From contig QPGO01000117.1 in NCBI GenBank assembly GCA_008632985.1, positions 124,001 through 188,000 on the forward strand: 64,000 nt of DNA, in the 5' to 3' direction. The first letter of the stretch is position 1; every line of letters begins with the position of its first letter. Origin of the DNA: Psammoneis japonica (taxonomy: Eukaryota). Below are positions 9,997-22,832 of this stretch, one piece after another. Both the position numbers and the translations under genes were made by a program. Below the pieces are notes generated by a model. It was not told the origin of the DNA and ran no database searches. It saw nothing but the letters and a program-made list of their open reading frames with translations.

Positions 9997-11748
9997 ATGT
10001 CAGAACCCAAGATGAACGACGAATCAGCAAGAAAGAAGGCAAAGACGGCTCATGATTTGGAAGAAGTTGCAAAACAAGCGTTTATACTGTTTCGCAATCA
10101 CTTGGATTTGACGGACGATGACGACCAGGATCTCAACATGGGACAGCTCGTGAAATTGATCGAATCATCTCCAATCGAACCATTCCGAAAGGCTCTTTCG
10201 TCAGTTACGTGTTCTCACGATTTCTTGGGTATTGTAGCTTCCTTGGTTTACTTTCAGTTGGCTAGCACAGCTATTGAAACGTTTTTAAATCAGGAGGACG
10301 GTTCGTCCGAACCATCCATACCTCAAGACTTTATTGACAAGTCCCTCATGTATTATTCCAAAAATGCTGCGTGTCGATCCATGGGAGCCAACTTTGGACG
10401 AATCAGCGAAACACTGTCTAAAACAAAAATCACGGAATGGTATCAGCAAGCAGCGCAAGACGCTCAGCAAATACGAACTGAAACAATGGAACTACTAGAA
10501 ACCGAATACGAGGATGAGTCCATCAAGGAATGGATGGAGACGCTTTTATTGAATCATATTTGTGGAGTAGAGTATGTTGAAAACGATGAGCAAAATGCAG
10601 CAGCAGAGGATGGCTACTTTTCAGCTTCATCAGTGGAAGGGACTTGTTGCTTCATGGCGGCCACCTTGCTTTCTCGAGATGGGCATCACAACGATGCCCT
10701 ATCGCATCTGGAAAAGTTCGACTTGACCCATCGATTGCATCCCAATATCTGGACTGGTGAACAGGGTAGTCTTCAGCTGCAACAAGGCATACAAACAACA
10801 ACCCCGGTTTATGTCGAAAACGCCGTGCCAAAGATTTTGTATACCGAGATTTGTCGCGTGTTTGGCCCTGCGGCCTCATTTTGGAAAGAGAGTGACTACG
10901 CCAATCGTGGGTACTACTCCTTCTTGGACGACATTGACGACCGCTTAAGGCCAAAGAATTTGATTGACGAAGTTGTTGTGGGACACCTGCTTCCATTTGC
11001 AGAAATCTACTTGCGCAATCATCTGAGAATCACGGATGAGCGGATTTGTCAGTACGAGTGGTGGGTGCATTGCCGACAGGGCAGCTTGGGACACATGCTT
11101 CACTTTGATACAGACGAGGCCAATCTAAAGGATGCTCGAACAGTACATCATCCTGTGATATCGTCCGTGCTGTACTTGTCGGGAGATGAAACTTCTGGAC
11201 CAACCATTGTTTTGAATCAAACGCCGAATTCTTCCGATGACGCAGAGATTTGCTGGCGAAGCGTTCCTCGTGAAAACACCTTTATGATGTTTCCAGGCAA
11301 TTTGTTACACGGTGTATTGCCCTGTCCCGGAAACACATCACCCAAACAAGACTCTAGTAATGACACACATTCTCACTGGATAACAGATCCGTCTCCATCC
11401 AAACGTCGCATAACCTTTATGGTTGGATTCAAGACGCGACGAGTTCCAGATCAGCGTCAAGGCCAATGTCTTTATGGTCCTTGTGCTCCTCTCCCAGAGG
11501 AGGGACAAGCGTGGGTAAAAGACATTAAGATAGGCTACAACGTGCCTCGCGTTTTACAGCCATGTCCGGTGAGAATGCATTTGAACGAGTTGCCTCAAGC
11601 TACACCTGCTTGGGAACGTATAAACAGAAAAGACCGCAAGGACGAGCCACCGCTGCCCTTGCCCCGGGGCATTGATAATCGTTTCTTTGTATCGGATGCC
11701 CCGGAGTGCTTTCGGAAGACCTTATTTGAAAACGACGACGATGAGTGA
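9997..11748 (+). CDS. 2OG-Fe(II) oxygenase (P4H-like DSBH domain) with a helical N-terminal region
   Basis: EWWVH..HMLHFDTDE (HxD), SSVLYL, FPGNLLHGV (distal His), RRITFM (2OG-binding Arg). ATG at 9997. Confidence 0.8.
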   Translation: MSEPKMNDESARKKAKTAHDLEEVAKQAFILFRNHLDLTDDDDQDLNMGQLVKLIESSPIEPFRKALSSVTCSHDFLGIVASLVYFQLASTAIETFLNQEDGSSEPSIPQDFIDKSLMYYSKNAACRSMGANFGRISETLSKTKITEWYQQAAQDAQQIRTETMELLETEYEDESIKEWMETLLLNHICGVEYVENDEQNAAAEDGYFSASSVEGTCCFMAATLLSRDGHHNDALSHLEKFDLTHRLHPNIWTGEQGSLQLQQGIQTTTPVYVENAVPKILYTEICRVFGPAASFWKESDYANRGYYSFLDDIDDRLRPKNLIDEVVVGHLLPFAEIYLRNHLRITDERICQYEWWVHCRQGSLGHMLHFDTDEANLKDARTVHHPVISSVLYLSGDETSGPTIVLNQTPNSSDDAEICWRSVPRENTFMMFPGNLLHGVLPCPGNTSPKQDSSNDTHSHWITDPSPSKRRITFMVGFKTRRVPDQRQGQCLYGPCAPLPEEGQAWVKDIKIGYNVPRVLQPCPVRMHLNELPQATPAWERINRKDRKDEPPLPLPRGIDNRFFVSDAPECFRKTLFENDDDE

Positions 11749-11890
11749 TCATTACAGTAGGCAAGAGCCCGAAATATGAAACACCTGATACTATCTAATC
11801 TCAGATCTAGTGGAGAGTGGATTGATTAGAATTGATCTCTAACAGAAGTATACAGTAGATCAAAAAGTGGCTGTCGCCTGGTCCTAGAAA

Positions 11891-12898
11891 TCACGTTGAA
11901 GAAGATGCCTCCCTGGAGATTGTGGCGGCAAGACGTTGAGTGAGGTATTCATGAGCATTGATCGGCGGGTATTTCGTCGCGCTCTCATCAGTAGAGCAAG
12001 CATCGAGGCATTCAAGGAGCGTGTCTTTATTGGCATTGCAGAAAAAGGCAATCGAATAACGCTCCGGAATAATTCTGGTCTTTCCTCTGCTCTTGCAATC
12101 ACGAGACGCCACGTCCACCACTTGGTGAGGAGTAGCACGTAGTTTGTTGGCACACCACCTCTCGAGCATGTCACCAACATTCACCACAATTCCACCAGTC
12201 ACTGGACGAACAAAGACCCACGATCCATCCAAGCGCTGTGCTCGGAGGCCTCCCACGTCGTCTTGCGTCAATAGCGTAATAGTACCAAAGTCTGTATGTA
12301 CATTGCCACGAATAATGGTATCTTCGGCATGCTCGTCATCTTCTTCTACAGATAAAGATGGGTAGTGCAGAAGCCTCATGTTTTCGTGCTTGGCGTTACA
12401 CCTCTCAACAAGGAAATTCTCGTCTGGCAACCCAAGTCCAATAGCGAGCAACCTCATGATTTTCAAATGCAGCGCGTCAAAGGCATCAAAATAGGCTAAA
12501 ATGTCGTTTCGAAACTCCTCGCCCGATTTTCCTCTTGGCGCAGTCGGCCAGTTGTTTTCAAATCCAACTTCGTCTTCGTTGCCGATATCAAATGTCTCCT
12601 TTTTGTCGGGTTTTATATCGAGACTCCCATCGTGCTTTTCGAGCCCCAGAGGAATGAACCCGCGATTCGATTCGTAACCCTGAAATTTGTAGCGCAGTTT
12701 TTCTTCCGCGCTTAGTTCAAAAAACGACTTGGAGGCGTCAAAGCCTCGCGAAATGATCTTGGGATCTACACCATGATTGGTGAGCGTCGCAAAGCCAATG
12801 GTGGTAAAGGCTTGAATAAATTGCAACGCCACGCTCTCATCGTCCAGAGACATGTCAATGACCGGAACTCCGTCTTGAATCTGCTGTTGAGTCGTCAT
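11891..12898 (-). CDS. IPNS/DIOX-family 2OG-Fe(II) dioxygenase
   Basis: VPVIDM, GFATLTNHGV, MRLLHYP, HTDFGTITLL, VNVGDML, PHQV, RYSIAFF. ATG at 12898. Confidence 0.92.
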   Translation of the reverse strand: MTTQQQIQDGVPVIDMSLDDESVALQFIQAFTTIGFATLTNHGVDPKIISRGFDASKSFFELSAEEKLRYKFQGYESNRGFIPLGLEKHDGSLDIKPDKKETFDIGNEDEVGFENNWPTAPRGKSGEEFRNDILAYFDAFDALHLKIMRLLAIGLGLPDENFLVERCNAKHENMRLLHYPSLSVEEDDEHAEDTIIRGNVHTDFGTITLLTQDDVGGLRAQRLDGSWVFVRPVTGGIVVNVGDMLERWCANKLRATPHQVVDVASRDCKSRGKTRIIPERYSIAFFCNANKDTLLECLDACSTDESATKYPPINAHEYLTQRLAATISREASSST

Positions 12899-12955
12899 GT
12901 TGATTATCACGGAAGCAAAACTATGAACGTCGGCAATTGGTAATCGACACTCAAT

Positions 12956-13012
12956 ATAGCGTGGCTACTCCACGATCCCGAACAAATAGAGAGTAATAGC
13001 GTGGCTACTCCA
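12956..13012 (+). repeat. 17-bp perfect direct repeat at the edge of the TpA-depleted domain
   Basis: ATAGCGTGGCTACTCCA at 12956-12972 and 12996-13012. Confidence 0.8.
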
Positions 13013-13356
13013 GCGTTTCACGTTTCACACGGCTCAATAAACGCCATCGCCGATTGACAGGTTTTGTCAGTGATTTTCGAAATATTTTCGAATTTTCGTT
13101 TTCGTTTTGTTAAAATTTGGATGACGTCATCATGACGTTTCAAGTGATGCACGTCATACATGCAGTCGGACGATTCAAAGATGCTGTATCCAACATGCTG
13201 CATTGGCAAGATCCAATGTTTCAAAAAGATCACAGAAAAAATGCGAATCCGAAAGAGGGAGAAGGGATCAGGGCCACAGGTGCGATGCGGTGGCTGTCGA
13301 CAAAGAACAGCGCAAAAGCTCTCTCCACTCCAGTGGCAGTGAAAAAGCGAAACGCC

Positions 13357-13818
13357 ATGTTTGTTTCCAAATCCATGCACACGCCAATCATTCGGCGATC
13401 TTTTGCTTCTGTTGCGACTGTGGTCAAGGAAAAAGCACCTGGTGCAGGACATCACATCTTGCTTGAAGATGATGGGTCGGGCCAGCCCATTCCGAAACCA
13501 ACTCCACTGGCCAACGTCAACGAAACCTTGCATGCATTCGATGTGATCTGTCCACACATGAACACGTCCATGGAAAAGGGAAATGTCTGTGCAGACATTG
13601 GCCCAGATCCGGAGATTCACTGCTGCGTCCATAATTCACGGTTCAACATGCGAGCCGGTGAGTGTGCTCAATGGGTGACGGGTGCCCTTGGTTTTGAGAA
13701 CCAAGTGGTGGGTGGCTCAGCGCAAAAGGTGGGAGGCAAAAAGCAGAGTGTCAAGGCACACAAGGTGGTGTCCAATGAAGATGGATCCTTGACGATTGAC
13801 GACGACATGACAGCCTGA
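13357..13818 (+). pseudogene. Rieske [2Fe-2S] ferredoxin-like gene, eroded by Tyr->His/Cys changes
   Basis: HAFDVICPHM (CxH) and CCVHNSRFNMRAGEC (CxxH..F...G), VKAHKV. No Tyr where Rieske ferredoxins usually have YA and Y-x-V. Frame still open; start uncertain. Confidence 0.7.
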
Positions 13819-14799
13819 GACAGTGGATGACATGGTCACGAGTGTGATGAGAGAAGTTCAGACGACAGTTTGTCGTTTGTCAGCACAAAAAGTGCGCTGG
13901 CACAAGGCCCTGAGACAGCACTTCACTTTGCATGACTTTGCCATTGAGCAGGTTCGCCCTCCTTGGTGACGATTGAGGACATTGACCTTCTTGTGACAAT
14001 TGAAACTGAGACACTGGGCAGAAACCCACCATCCACACTGAACCCAGATGTTGGGTGAGGCATGCAGCATTTCTCTGCGCAGTGGTGGTGCCGCAAGCAG
14101 GAGCTCCTTCGCTGACTTTAACGTCAACTGCGCGTGAGGTGCGCCAAAACAAAAGCTGTCAACACCGCGCTTTGGCCCATTCTCGCGTTGCAGATGCATC
14201 ACAACATCACATTTCTCATCTTTGCTGCTGCTTCATTGAGGCCTCGGCATTGTCATTTTTGGGAATTTCAACATGCCCCCCCCCCCCCCCAGCTTCCGAC
14301 AAGTTCTGAACGTAAAACATGCATTCCAGCTTCTCAACGCTGTGCCACACTTGATCCTTTTTTAGTCTTGGTGGGGCCTGCAATGCAAGCACAACTGAAT
14401 GTCCTCTCAGACTGTGCCCCTCTGCCACTGCACCGCGAGTCGGCCATGTGGCTCGACGATGACGACAGCCCAGCGAATCTAGCAGCCTCGATTGGTTTCA
14501 AACTGAACAGCGGGGGACCTCACCATGTCAAGGCTGGAGCATTTCCTGAGCTGACATCTCCATGAGACCCGTCTCTTCATTCAAACGTGGGAGGAGGAGC
14601 CTGGCTCAATGATGCGGAATTGACGCCAAATCCTTTTTAAGGGGGCGGCCTGCGAGCACGTACAAGTTGGAGTTCCAGTTGCAAAAAAAAACATTCATTT
14701 CGCATTTCACTCCTCCTGACACGATTCTGATTTCTCTGCATGGCAATCAATGCAGCATTGATGCTTTCAATCAGGATTTCCTGCAGGGGGCACTTCTCC

Positions 14800-15929
14800 A
14801 CATTGAAAAACCTTCAGACAGGACATCTCCAATGTTCTAAAAGAGGACATGAAAGGATCAATGTCATGTGGCAAAATTTTCACAACATCAAATTCCAGGA
14901 TGACATCTGTTCCCTTTTAACGCATCACCAAACTCTGTCAACAGTTCACCGGAAACCTCATTCCCATGAAATCCAATTCATTGCATGGACGACGGCAGAG
15001 ACGCTTGACTTTGTCCAAATGAAACTTGGCACCAATGTCTCCAATTTGGTCATCTGCCACATCCAGGTAAAGCACATTTGCTGCATCAGATTCTGCAAGT
15101 GTTTTGACAATGGCAGCGAGGGTGTCATTGCCAATGCGGCAGAAATGGAGGTGGATGCGCGTCAGTCGAGAAATGATGGGGTGCAGCACCATGCAGCCTT
15201 CAGCACCAGTCCCTGTGTTGACCAAAAGAAGCAGATTGTAACCTTTCAATGAGGGTTTGATGCAATCGCAGCAAATGCAGCAGGGAATCCATCGACCCCA
15301 TGAGAACATTGATGAATGAAATGATCCTCAGCTCTGTCAGCTGTGCCAATGCATTTGACAACAAGACAACGCCACTGTCTCCGATTTCATTCCCATTCAC
15401 AGACAGTGCCTGGAGTTGTCGAAAGTCACCCAAAAGAACTCTCTGAGTCAACGCATGGCAAAAATGCAGTTCAATCCTGTTGTGTCCGGCATTGAGCACC
15501 ACAGAGTCTTGAGAAAATCTTCCAAGCGATTTCATCATCACCATGGCACTTGCAGTTCCCCACCCTGACATGCCACATTGCACGTCACAGGTGTGAGTTC
15601 CTCTGGAAGTGGCCGATGAAGGTGTGGTCACAGAGTTTGCCAACAATTAGAAAGTCTTTGTGTCCATTGGTAAAAGACTTTTCATCTCTTCTGAGAAGTG
15701 AAGTGGAGGTCATTGCATCCTCCGATCATTGAGGTTGCCCAACGTGATTCGGCAAACGTCCAACCGCGGTCATTGTAACCCACTGCATTTGCTTCTGGTG
15801 GTGGGTCGTAATCATCTGAGCAATCAACAGAAAATGAGGTCGGAAGAAGCTCCAGGCTTGGTCGGAACAGGCAGTTGGCCGAGAGTGCTGAGAATTCAAC
15901 CACTTCCGGTTAAAAAATTCAGCAGCCAT
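14800..15929 (-). pseudogene. RNI-like leucine-rich-repeat protein, frameshifted
   Basis: LQALSVNGNEIGDSGVVLLSNAL, LTRIHLHFCRIGNDTLAAIVKTL and VLYLDVADDQIGDIGA fall in different frames. Confidence 0.7.
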
Positions 15930-16657
15930 GTTGTGTCATTGTTTGTTGTGGCAAGGTTGTGAGGTGTTGTGGAGATGTTACAAGGTCAACAGAAGTGCCA
16001 TGCCGGAGGCATGTGAACAGCGGCAAAGTCATTTTTGCCATCATTGAAAAATCTTGACACTAAAAACACTTGTCGAAAATCGGCTTTCGTCAGTCACTAA
16101 AACACACCCAGTTGCAGCGACTGACGAAAGCCTTTTTTCAACATCTTCAGTTGTAAGAGCTGCAGAGCAAGAGCAAAGCATGTGGAAACAAGGTGTCCCA
16201 TGAGTGACTTGTGTGGCATGCAATCCTGGATAAAATTTCGGAACTCCGGATTAAATGCCAAATTCATGACATGACTGATGATTGAACACAAATGTGAAGA
16301 TCAATTAGAAAAAGGCGAACACAACCGTCATTTTTTCTTAAATGAACGCCAAATTTTCAACGACAAACATTCGCTTTCACTCACTCCGACCGATGCAACA
16401 TGCATTTGACCTTGTTCAGCTTGTCGGGAGCTTGGGGTCTGTGAGGCGATCCTGAAAAAAAGTTCGCTGCTGTTCACATGCCTCCGGGTGCATGAAGGCG
16501 GCAGATTCCGGATTCTGGATTTTTGACGAAGACGCCATCTTCGGCATCTTTTTTTTTCATTGACCACTCAGCGTGGGTTGGGGATGGATGTGCAAACCCA
16601 GCAGGGCCAAGGAATCGGAAGAAGCATTTTGGGCACTGCAGAGGACAGAAAACAAAG

Positions 16658-19275
16658 ATGTCAAGAAATGAGCGAAACATGTCCACAAACAAGCAGGGAA
16701 CGGCTTTGGCGACCACAAAGACTCCTGCCAAAATGCTGAGTCCACATGCTTCAGTCAGTTTCAACAATTTGGATGAGGAGGACAGTGACTGGGAGGATGC
16801 CAAAGCGCATCATGTCGGCGACCCCCCCAAAAATGTCTGTTGTGGCCTCCAAGAAGCTGCTAGAAATGCATGGTGCGAAGGCGTTGTGCCCATTTGTTGG
16901 ACAAAACTCTTCCTTGTCGGCCGGGGTGGATCTGGAAAAACAAGTTTGGTGCATGTGCTGCTGGGCAAGCCACACATTGCCACTCACAAGTCAACGCGAG
17001 GGCACGAGCTCACCACAACAAATGCAGTGAAATGGACAGAGGATGAAGCATGCATTCAAAATCTCCTTGAGAATGGTTGGAAGAATTCCATGGATTTGGA
17101 GTGTCGTTTTGAAGCAGCGGGTAAACCTTGGGGTGAGATGGAAAACCTGGCTGGCAAAAATCACGCCGCCACTGCGAGAGCAGCTTCCACACCTCCTCTT
17201 GGGAGAGTTCAATCCCAGAGTCTAAAAGAGCCCCGGCTTTCCTCCCGCATAGACTGTTGGAAATGTGAAGGAAAAAAAGGCATGCGGGAGGGACCCCGGA
17301 ATCCATCGTCTCACTCACCAAACACAACCTGTTCTGTTTTTGACTTGGGAGGGCAAGAAGAGTTTGCGGCCATGCATCAATTGTTTCTTTCTGATTGTTG
17401 CATCTTTCTTCTCGTGTTTAGCCTGTGAAGTCTTGCTGATGAATTGGATCGTAAAAAAGAAATTGATGCGCTTCGCTTTTGGCTGCAGTCCATTCACCTG
17501 CAATCCAAGGGAGCGACCGTTGTCCTCGTTGGCACCCACTTGGCTGACCGAAGCACAAAAGCACTGGCAGAGGTCGATGAGTTCTTGTGGTGCAATCTCA
17601 AGGATGAACTTGGGAAAGTCAACTGTCAGCTCAACAAACCCGCCAAGCTGCCATTTTTTCCTACGGAGAACAACTTGCCTGACCAGAATCGAGCTCAAGG
17701 TCCGCGCAAGGCATTGGATGCCCTTTTGGCCGACGAAGAACGACTTGCACATTTGATGGCTCCAATTCCGGTTCGATGGCTGTGGGCAATGGAACAGCTG
17801 CAAGAGTCGGAACATCCCACTTGGTCTTTGGGCAATGTTGCGGGTGTTGCCCAGGCTGTCAGCATTGAACACAGAGAGGTGGCCACCATGCTCTGCTTTT
17901 TCCACGTGGCTGGCCTCCCCATCATTTGTCTTGACTGCACGGAGGATCTGGCCAAGATGGCAGTGACAAAACTGCAATGGCTTCTTCAGAAACTTTCCAG
18001 AGTGATGTGCAACACGTCTCTTCACACTCACGGGGAAGCGTTTAAAATGCAAGAATTGGGCCTTTCTGATGAGTGCGACAACCTGCGCAATGACGCCATT
18101 GCTTCACAGTCCATTTTGTCTGTGCTCTGGGATTGTGAGGACATCAACAATGTGAACTGCATTGTTCACCTTGTGGAAGAAACGCTCCTTGCTTGTCCAT
18201 CGAAAGAGGAAGGGTCATTCATGGCACCATGTCTCTTGCCAAACGCCCCCACAGACATTCGGGAAACAGCAGCTGAGCAATTTTCCGGGGGGAAATTGTG
18301 CTGGTTGTGGTTCAACTGCTTGCCCTTGGGATTTCAGCAACGTCTGCTTGTCTGATCATCGAAAACTTTCGTGCCTGCGTTGACATGGACTGTGTCTTTG
18401 CCGACTTGATTTGCTTGCATTTTGGAGAGACTCCGGTCTTGATTGAGATGGATGACAAGACACATCAAATCCTTTTCCACTTTCACGAAACGGCCATCAT
18501 GATCTCAAAGGTGGTGGGTGAGCCATCCGAAATGGCTGCATTGGCAGGAAGGGGGTTTCACGAACGCGGTCAAGGCCACATGCAGTTTGAACTCATTCTC
18601 AGTGCCGACGGATCCAAGGACCCGTGTCAGTGTGCTCTCTGCCAAAATGTTGCCACAGCTTCCAAACTTGTCAAAAGCATTGCAAAGGTGGCATGCTTGG
18701 ATCGTCACTTGTTTGATCCATTTTTTTCAGATCGGCACAGTCATTTGTGCGAAAACGTTTGAAGGGCATTTTTGAGCCACACGGGACAGGATGTGTTTGC
18801 CGCCATTTTTGTCAATCTCGTGGCAGAAGAATTGGCCATCAAACATGGAATCAAAGCATTCCTGGATTCGAAAAGCCTGAAGCCTGGCGACCCCTTTGAA
18901 CAAGTCATTCATGACAATGCTCGCAGCTGCAAGGTGTTTCTTTGTGTGCTTTCCGAAACACACTTTTCGAGATGCTGGTGCTTGCGCGAACTTGACGACG
19001 CCCTCCATTCTACAGCTGGGCCGAAGGTTTTGCCCGTTTGTCATGATCAGGTCAAAACACCCGAGGAAGAGCATGAAGCAGTCGAAAAGATGGAGATGGT
19101 GCTCAAGAACAAGCTTCGTTCCATTGACCAGAGCATCCGTGAACGTTGGCGCGGCAATCTTCACAGGCTCAAGTCGATCCAAGGCATTCGCAACCATTCC
19201 ACCCACAAACACAGCATGACTGCCTTTTGCACCACGGTGGTTGAAAAGATTTGTGAAGCTCTGCACTCTGATTGA
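16658..19275 (+). pseudogene. Roc GTPase-COR-TIR (Roco-type) protein
   Basis: G1 KLFLVGRGGSGKTSL, G2 STRG, G3 FDLGGQEEF, G4 VVLVGTHLAD; COR IPVRW..QWL; TIR FLSHTGQD..AFLDSKSLKPGD..VLSETHFSRCWCLREL. In-frame TGA at 17426 and 18760, and a frameshift near 18350. Confidence 0.88.
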
Positions 19276-20877
19276 CATTTTCAGAGACGCCTGCTGCTGC
19301 TCGTTTGTTTGTAGCTGCCTCCATGCTTCATCAAATTGTCAGGCGAACAGGCAGGCACAAGCGATGAACCGTTTGCCGATGCGGTGTGGTGGGACTTGTC
19401 CAGAATTTCCTCAAAAGCGCTCACCAGCAAGGTTGCAGGAGTCACTACAACGGATGCCACAGAAGCAAGAGCGGCGGTTGTGGGACCCCATCAAAATGGA
19501 TTTGAAAACCGTCACGTCTGCAATGGCAGCGCTCCGCCGCCGACGTCGCATCCTCCCGCACCACCACTTTCCAACACAACAAAAAGAGCACAATCATGCC
19601 TGCATGGTGGGTGACGCAGCCCAAGATGGCAAGACACTTTGCAAACTGGAACATTCCCCCCCCAAGTCTCTGAACGACTTGCCACAGTGCAACAAACTTT
19701 TTTCGTGTGTTTCCACATCACGGCTGTGAGTGGAGTGAAGGGGCACAAAAGGCCACGCATTGAACAAGAAGCATCTCAATGAATGGAGATGGCCAACGCG
19801 GGGGGGAGCATTCATGCAGAAGGGGCTCAAGTCAAGTTGATCAGTTCTCGCATGGCTGCAGCAGAAAACAACAAAGAGTGCATCTTCCCAGACTTGGGTT
19901 GGACATCACTGACACACTTGTCACTGTGCCACGGATTGGGCCAGACTTTGACAATCTGCTGTCGCAATGCAACCAAACGACATTGACCCGAGCGCTGCAA
20001 AAACTTTCGCGGAAGCCTCTGCAGCTGCACTGCAAAAGGTGGTGTCAGAATCATTCTCCTCTTCACCTGTCTCCACGAGCCGGCTGTTAGACCAAGTGAT
20101 TGCATCGGGGTGTCACATTGACGGGATCTTTGTCATGGATCGGGTCATTGACAAATGCCCGATGGAAGCTTGTTCCCAGGCCCCATCTCAGTGGAGATCA
20201 CAAACTTGAGTGCAATTCGCAGGCATGCACTTGTTGGCTGCCAAAGCAAAGATCCAGCCAGTCAGCGGGGATGTCGGCTTGGAGATTCACAGTCCTGGCT
20301 TCCCTTCTCTCAACCTTGTCAATTTGTCTTGTGGACCTGCCATCAGCATTTCCAATTGCTTTGCATGGCAAAGAATGGCACAACCGCAGCGAGGTTTGCA
20401 TTGACACACAGACCAAACATTGCAGTGATGTTCTTGACGCTTTTTTTACAACCGCACGCAAGTGAAAGAATGCATGACATTGCCACTTGCGCAATTCAAC
20501 GCATGCTAAAAGCCTTTCTTGACAGATTGTGCTGGAGCGCTCTTCGCTTGTTCATTTGTGTGAACTCCGAATTGCCCACTCATCAGAGTGCACGAAATGT
20601 TAAAAATGTGTAGATTTGCATGATGACAATGTGTCAAAACATTGCAAAAAATTGTTGTCATGCAGTTAAAGGCCAACCTCTGGTCACAAGTTTGTTGTGC
20701 GAACATTGCAACAACTTGTCAAGAATTGTGCATGCCATTTTTCACCATGTCCACATCACTGTTTCTGCCTCCACCTTGTTGCCATGTGCCAATGCATGAT
20801 TGCATTGCCACACAATCCTTGGTTTGTCAATTTTCACAAACATTGTTTTAAACAAGAAAAGCATTTCATTGGTTGAG

Positions 20878-22181
20878 TCAATCCCTTGTTACGTCTGCAG
20901 TGCAATGACCAAGTGCCATGTTGACTGTGCACACATTTTCTTGCTGCAACTCTCTTAAACTGAGCCAACGATCATCATCGGACTCGTCTCCATCGGACTC
21001 GTCTCCTCCATTGTCCGTTTTGCCTTTTGCGCCTTCCTCCTGCTCATCGTCGTTGCTGTTGTCGTCCCTGCTGCTCTCCACCATCAGGCTGTTCATTGCC
21101 TTCACCTTCTCCGCATCACCGGTCAGTGCTTTCTTCATCTTCTTTTTTGCTTCTCCGGACTTCTCGCACTCGCTTTTCTTGATCTCCACGTGCCACTTTT
21201 CAAACTCCTTGCCCTCCTTGGAGTCTCTGTCTTTCGTCACCTCTTTGCACAAATCGTTGAACCGATTGATTCCGTCATCTCCCCAAGACACTCGTTGTTT
21301 CTTTGGCTTCGTGCACCGAGGGGCAGGCCTTGTTTCTTCGGGCTCCATTTCCTCACCCAATTCTTCCACCGCCTCCTCCTTGTTCCTGCATGCCCACACC
21401 TGCCAACGATTCTCCACAGCCAATGGCGCCAAAGCTTCATCACCGACCGTAAACAACTGTGAGACCTGTGCATTCCCAGTTTTGACGGTGCTGCTCCATG
21501 CCTGCTTTTGCTTGGTTTGAGGTAGGATGTGATCACAGAACCACTTGCACGCCTGCTTGTTCCTTCGTTTACCGCCGGTGACAGTGTCCAGGCCAAACGG
21601 ATCCCATGTCGGCACAAACGGGGTGTCATTCTCTTCATTCTTGTCACGGCTTGACTTTTTCCTGCCTTGCTTTTTCTTCCTGACTGCCGCCTTGAGTTTC
21701 TTTTCTTTTTCCTTTCCCTCTTCCTCAGTGGCGACGCCTGTGCAGACAAAGCACCACCCTCATCTTCTTGTGAGATGCGCGCAACTCTCGAATCACACAC
21801 ATTGGTCACTTGACTCACGGGCCATTGCCTCCGCCCCGATGGCCGAACACACCGTGTTTCTGCGATTGTCAATTTGCCTTTTTGCCGCCTTTTTTGCCCA
21901 TTCCTCCCAAGATCCTGACCAATTTGAAGTGTCCACATTGCCACCAGCAATCTGTTTCTTGACAAACATTGAGACGCTCCCATTGCTTGCCAATTCTGAC
22001 AGACTGAGAAACTTCACCTGTGGAAAGAGATCATTTCTAGCCACCTTCTCCACTTCTGATTTCAATGCACCATGCTCTGCCTGCACACCTGTTCTCTTCA
22101 ACACTGCCTGAAGTCTCGGACTCATTGGCTTGACAGTCTCATTTTTCTTTCTCTTCTTTGCTGGTGGCACTGGAGACAACA
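20878..22181 (-). pseudogene. Hypothetical, probably transposon-associated gene (likely intron near 21745-21817)
   Basis: ORFs 21793-22293 and 20878-21615 read as a coherent protein (LFPQVKF..W..RR; TVGDEALAPLAVENRW..SWGDDGINRFNDL..DR; acidic tail). Tyr-free. Confidence 0.45.
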
Positions 22182-22832
22182 TCTTGATCTTTTCACGGCA
22201 ACAAGGAGAGGAGTGGCACTGTTTGACAGTGCAACCGTCGTTTGGGTCGTGTTGAGACAGCCAGCCACTCTGTTTTTCTCTATGACATTGCACAAATTGT
22301 TGTCAGCAACATTGAAATTTGAAAATTTGTTCACATGCAACAACAAGTGGTCCAACTCACTTTTTGATGTGGTTGTCATTGCATTTCAATGGAGATGATG
22401 TCCTGCATTTTGACAGTCAACAAAAAACACAATGTTCATTGTGAATGCCAGATAAAAAATCAAAATGCAGACACGCCACACCTGTGAGAATCATCCAAAT
22501 CTGGAAGATGATGCAATGTTTGCCAATTTCCCGCCATTTTTTGCGTGTTGTTCTTCTTTTCCCTTCTCATCCACAAGACAAGGACAATGAGTGTGAGTCT
22601 TGATGAAGGCCCTGTCAACATTGTCTGATTGACAATGGACGGAAACCCTCTTCTCTGTCCCGGTTGTGGCAAAAGTTTTTTGCGAACAGCCTGCCATTGG
22701 AGACACTCACCAACGTGTCACTCAGTTGCCCAAGATTTGCACACCCAAGATCCAATCCCAGATCAAAGCAACATTCCTTTGTTTCTAAAATGGGATGCGC
22801 ACATCAATCTGTCATTCACTCACAGTGATTTC

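Noticed and set aside
14276..14290. C15 homopolymer
   Set aside because: Isolated run of unreliable length with no supporting context.
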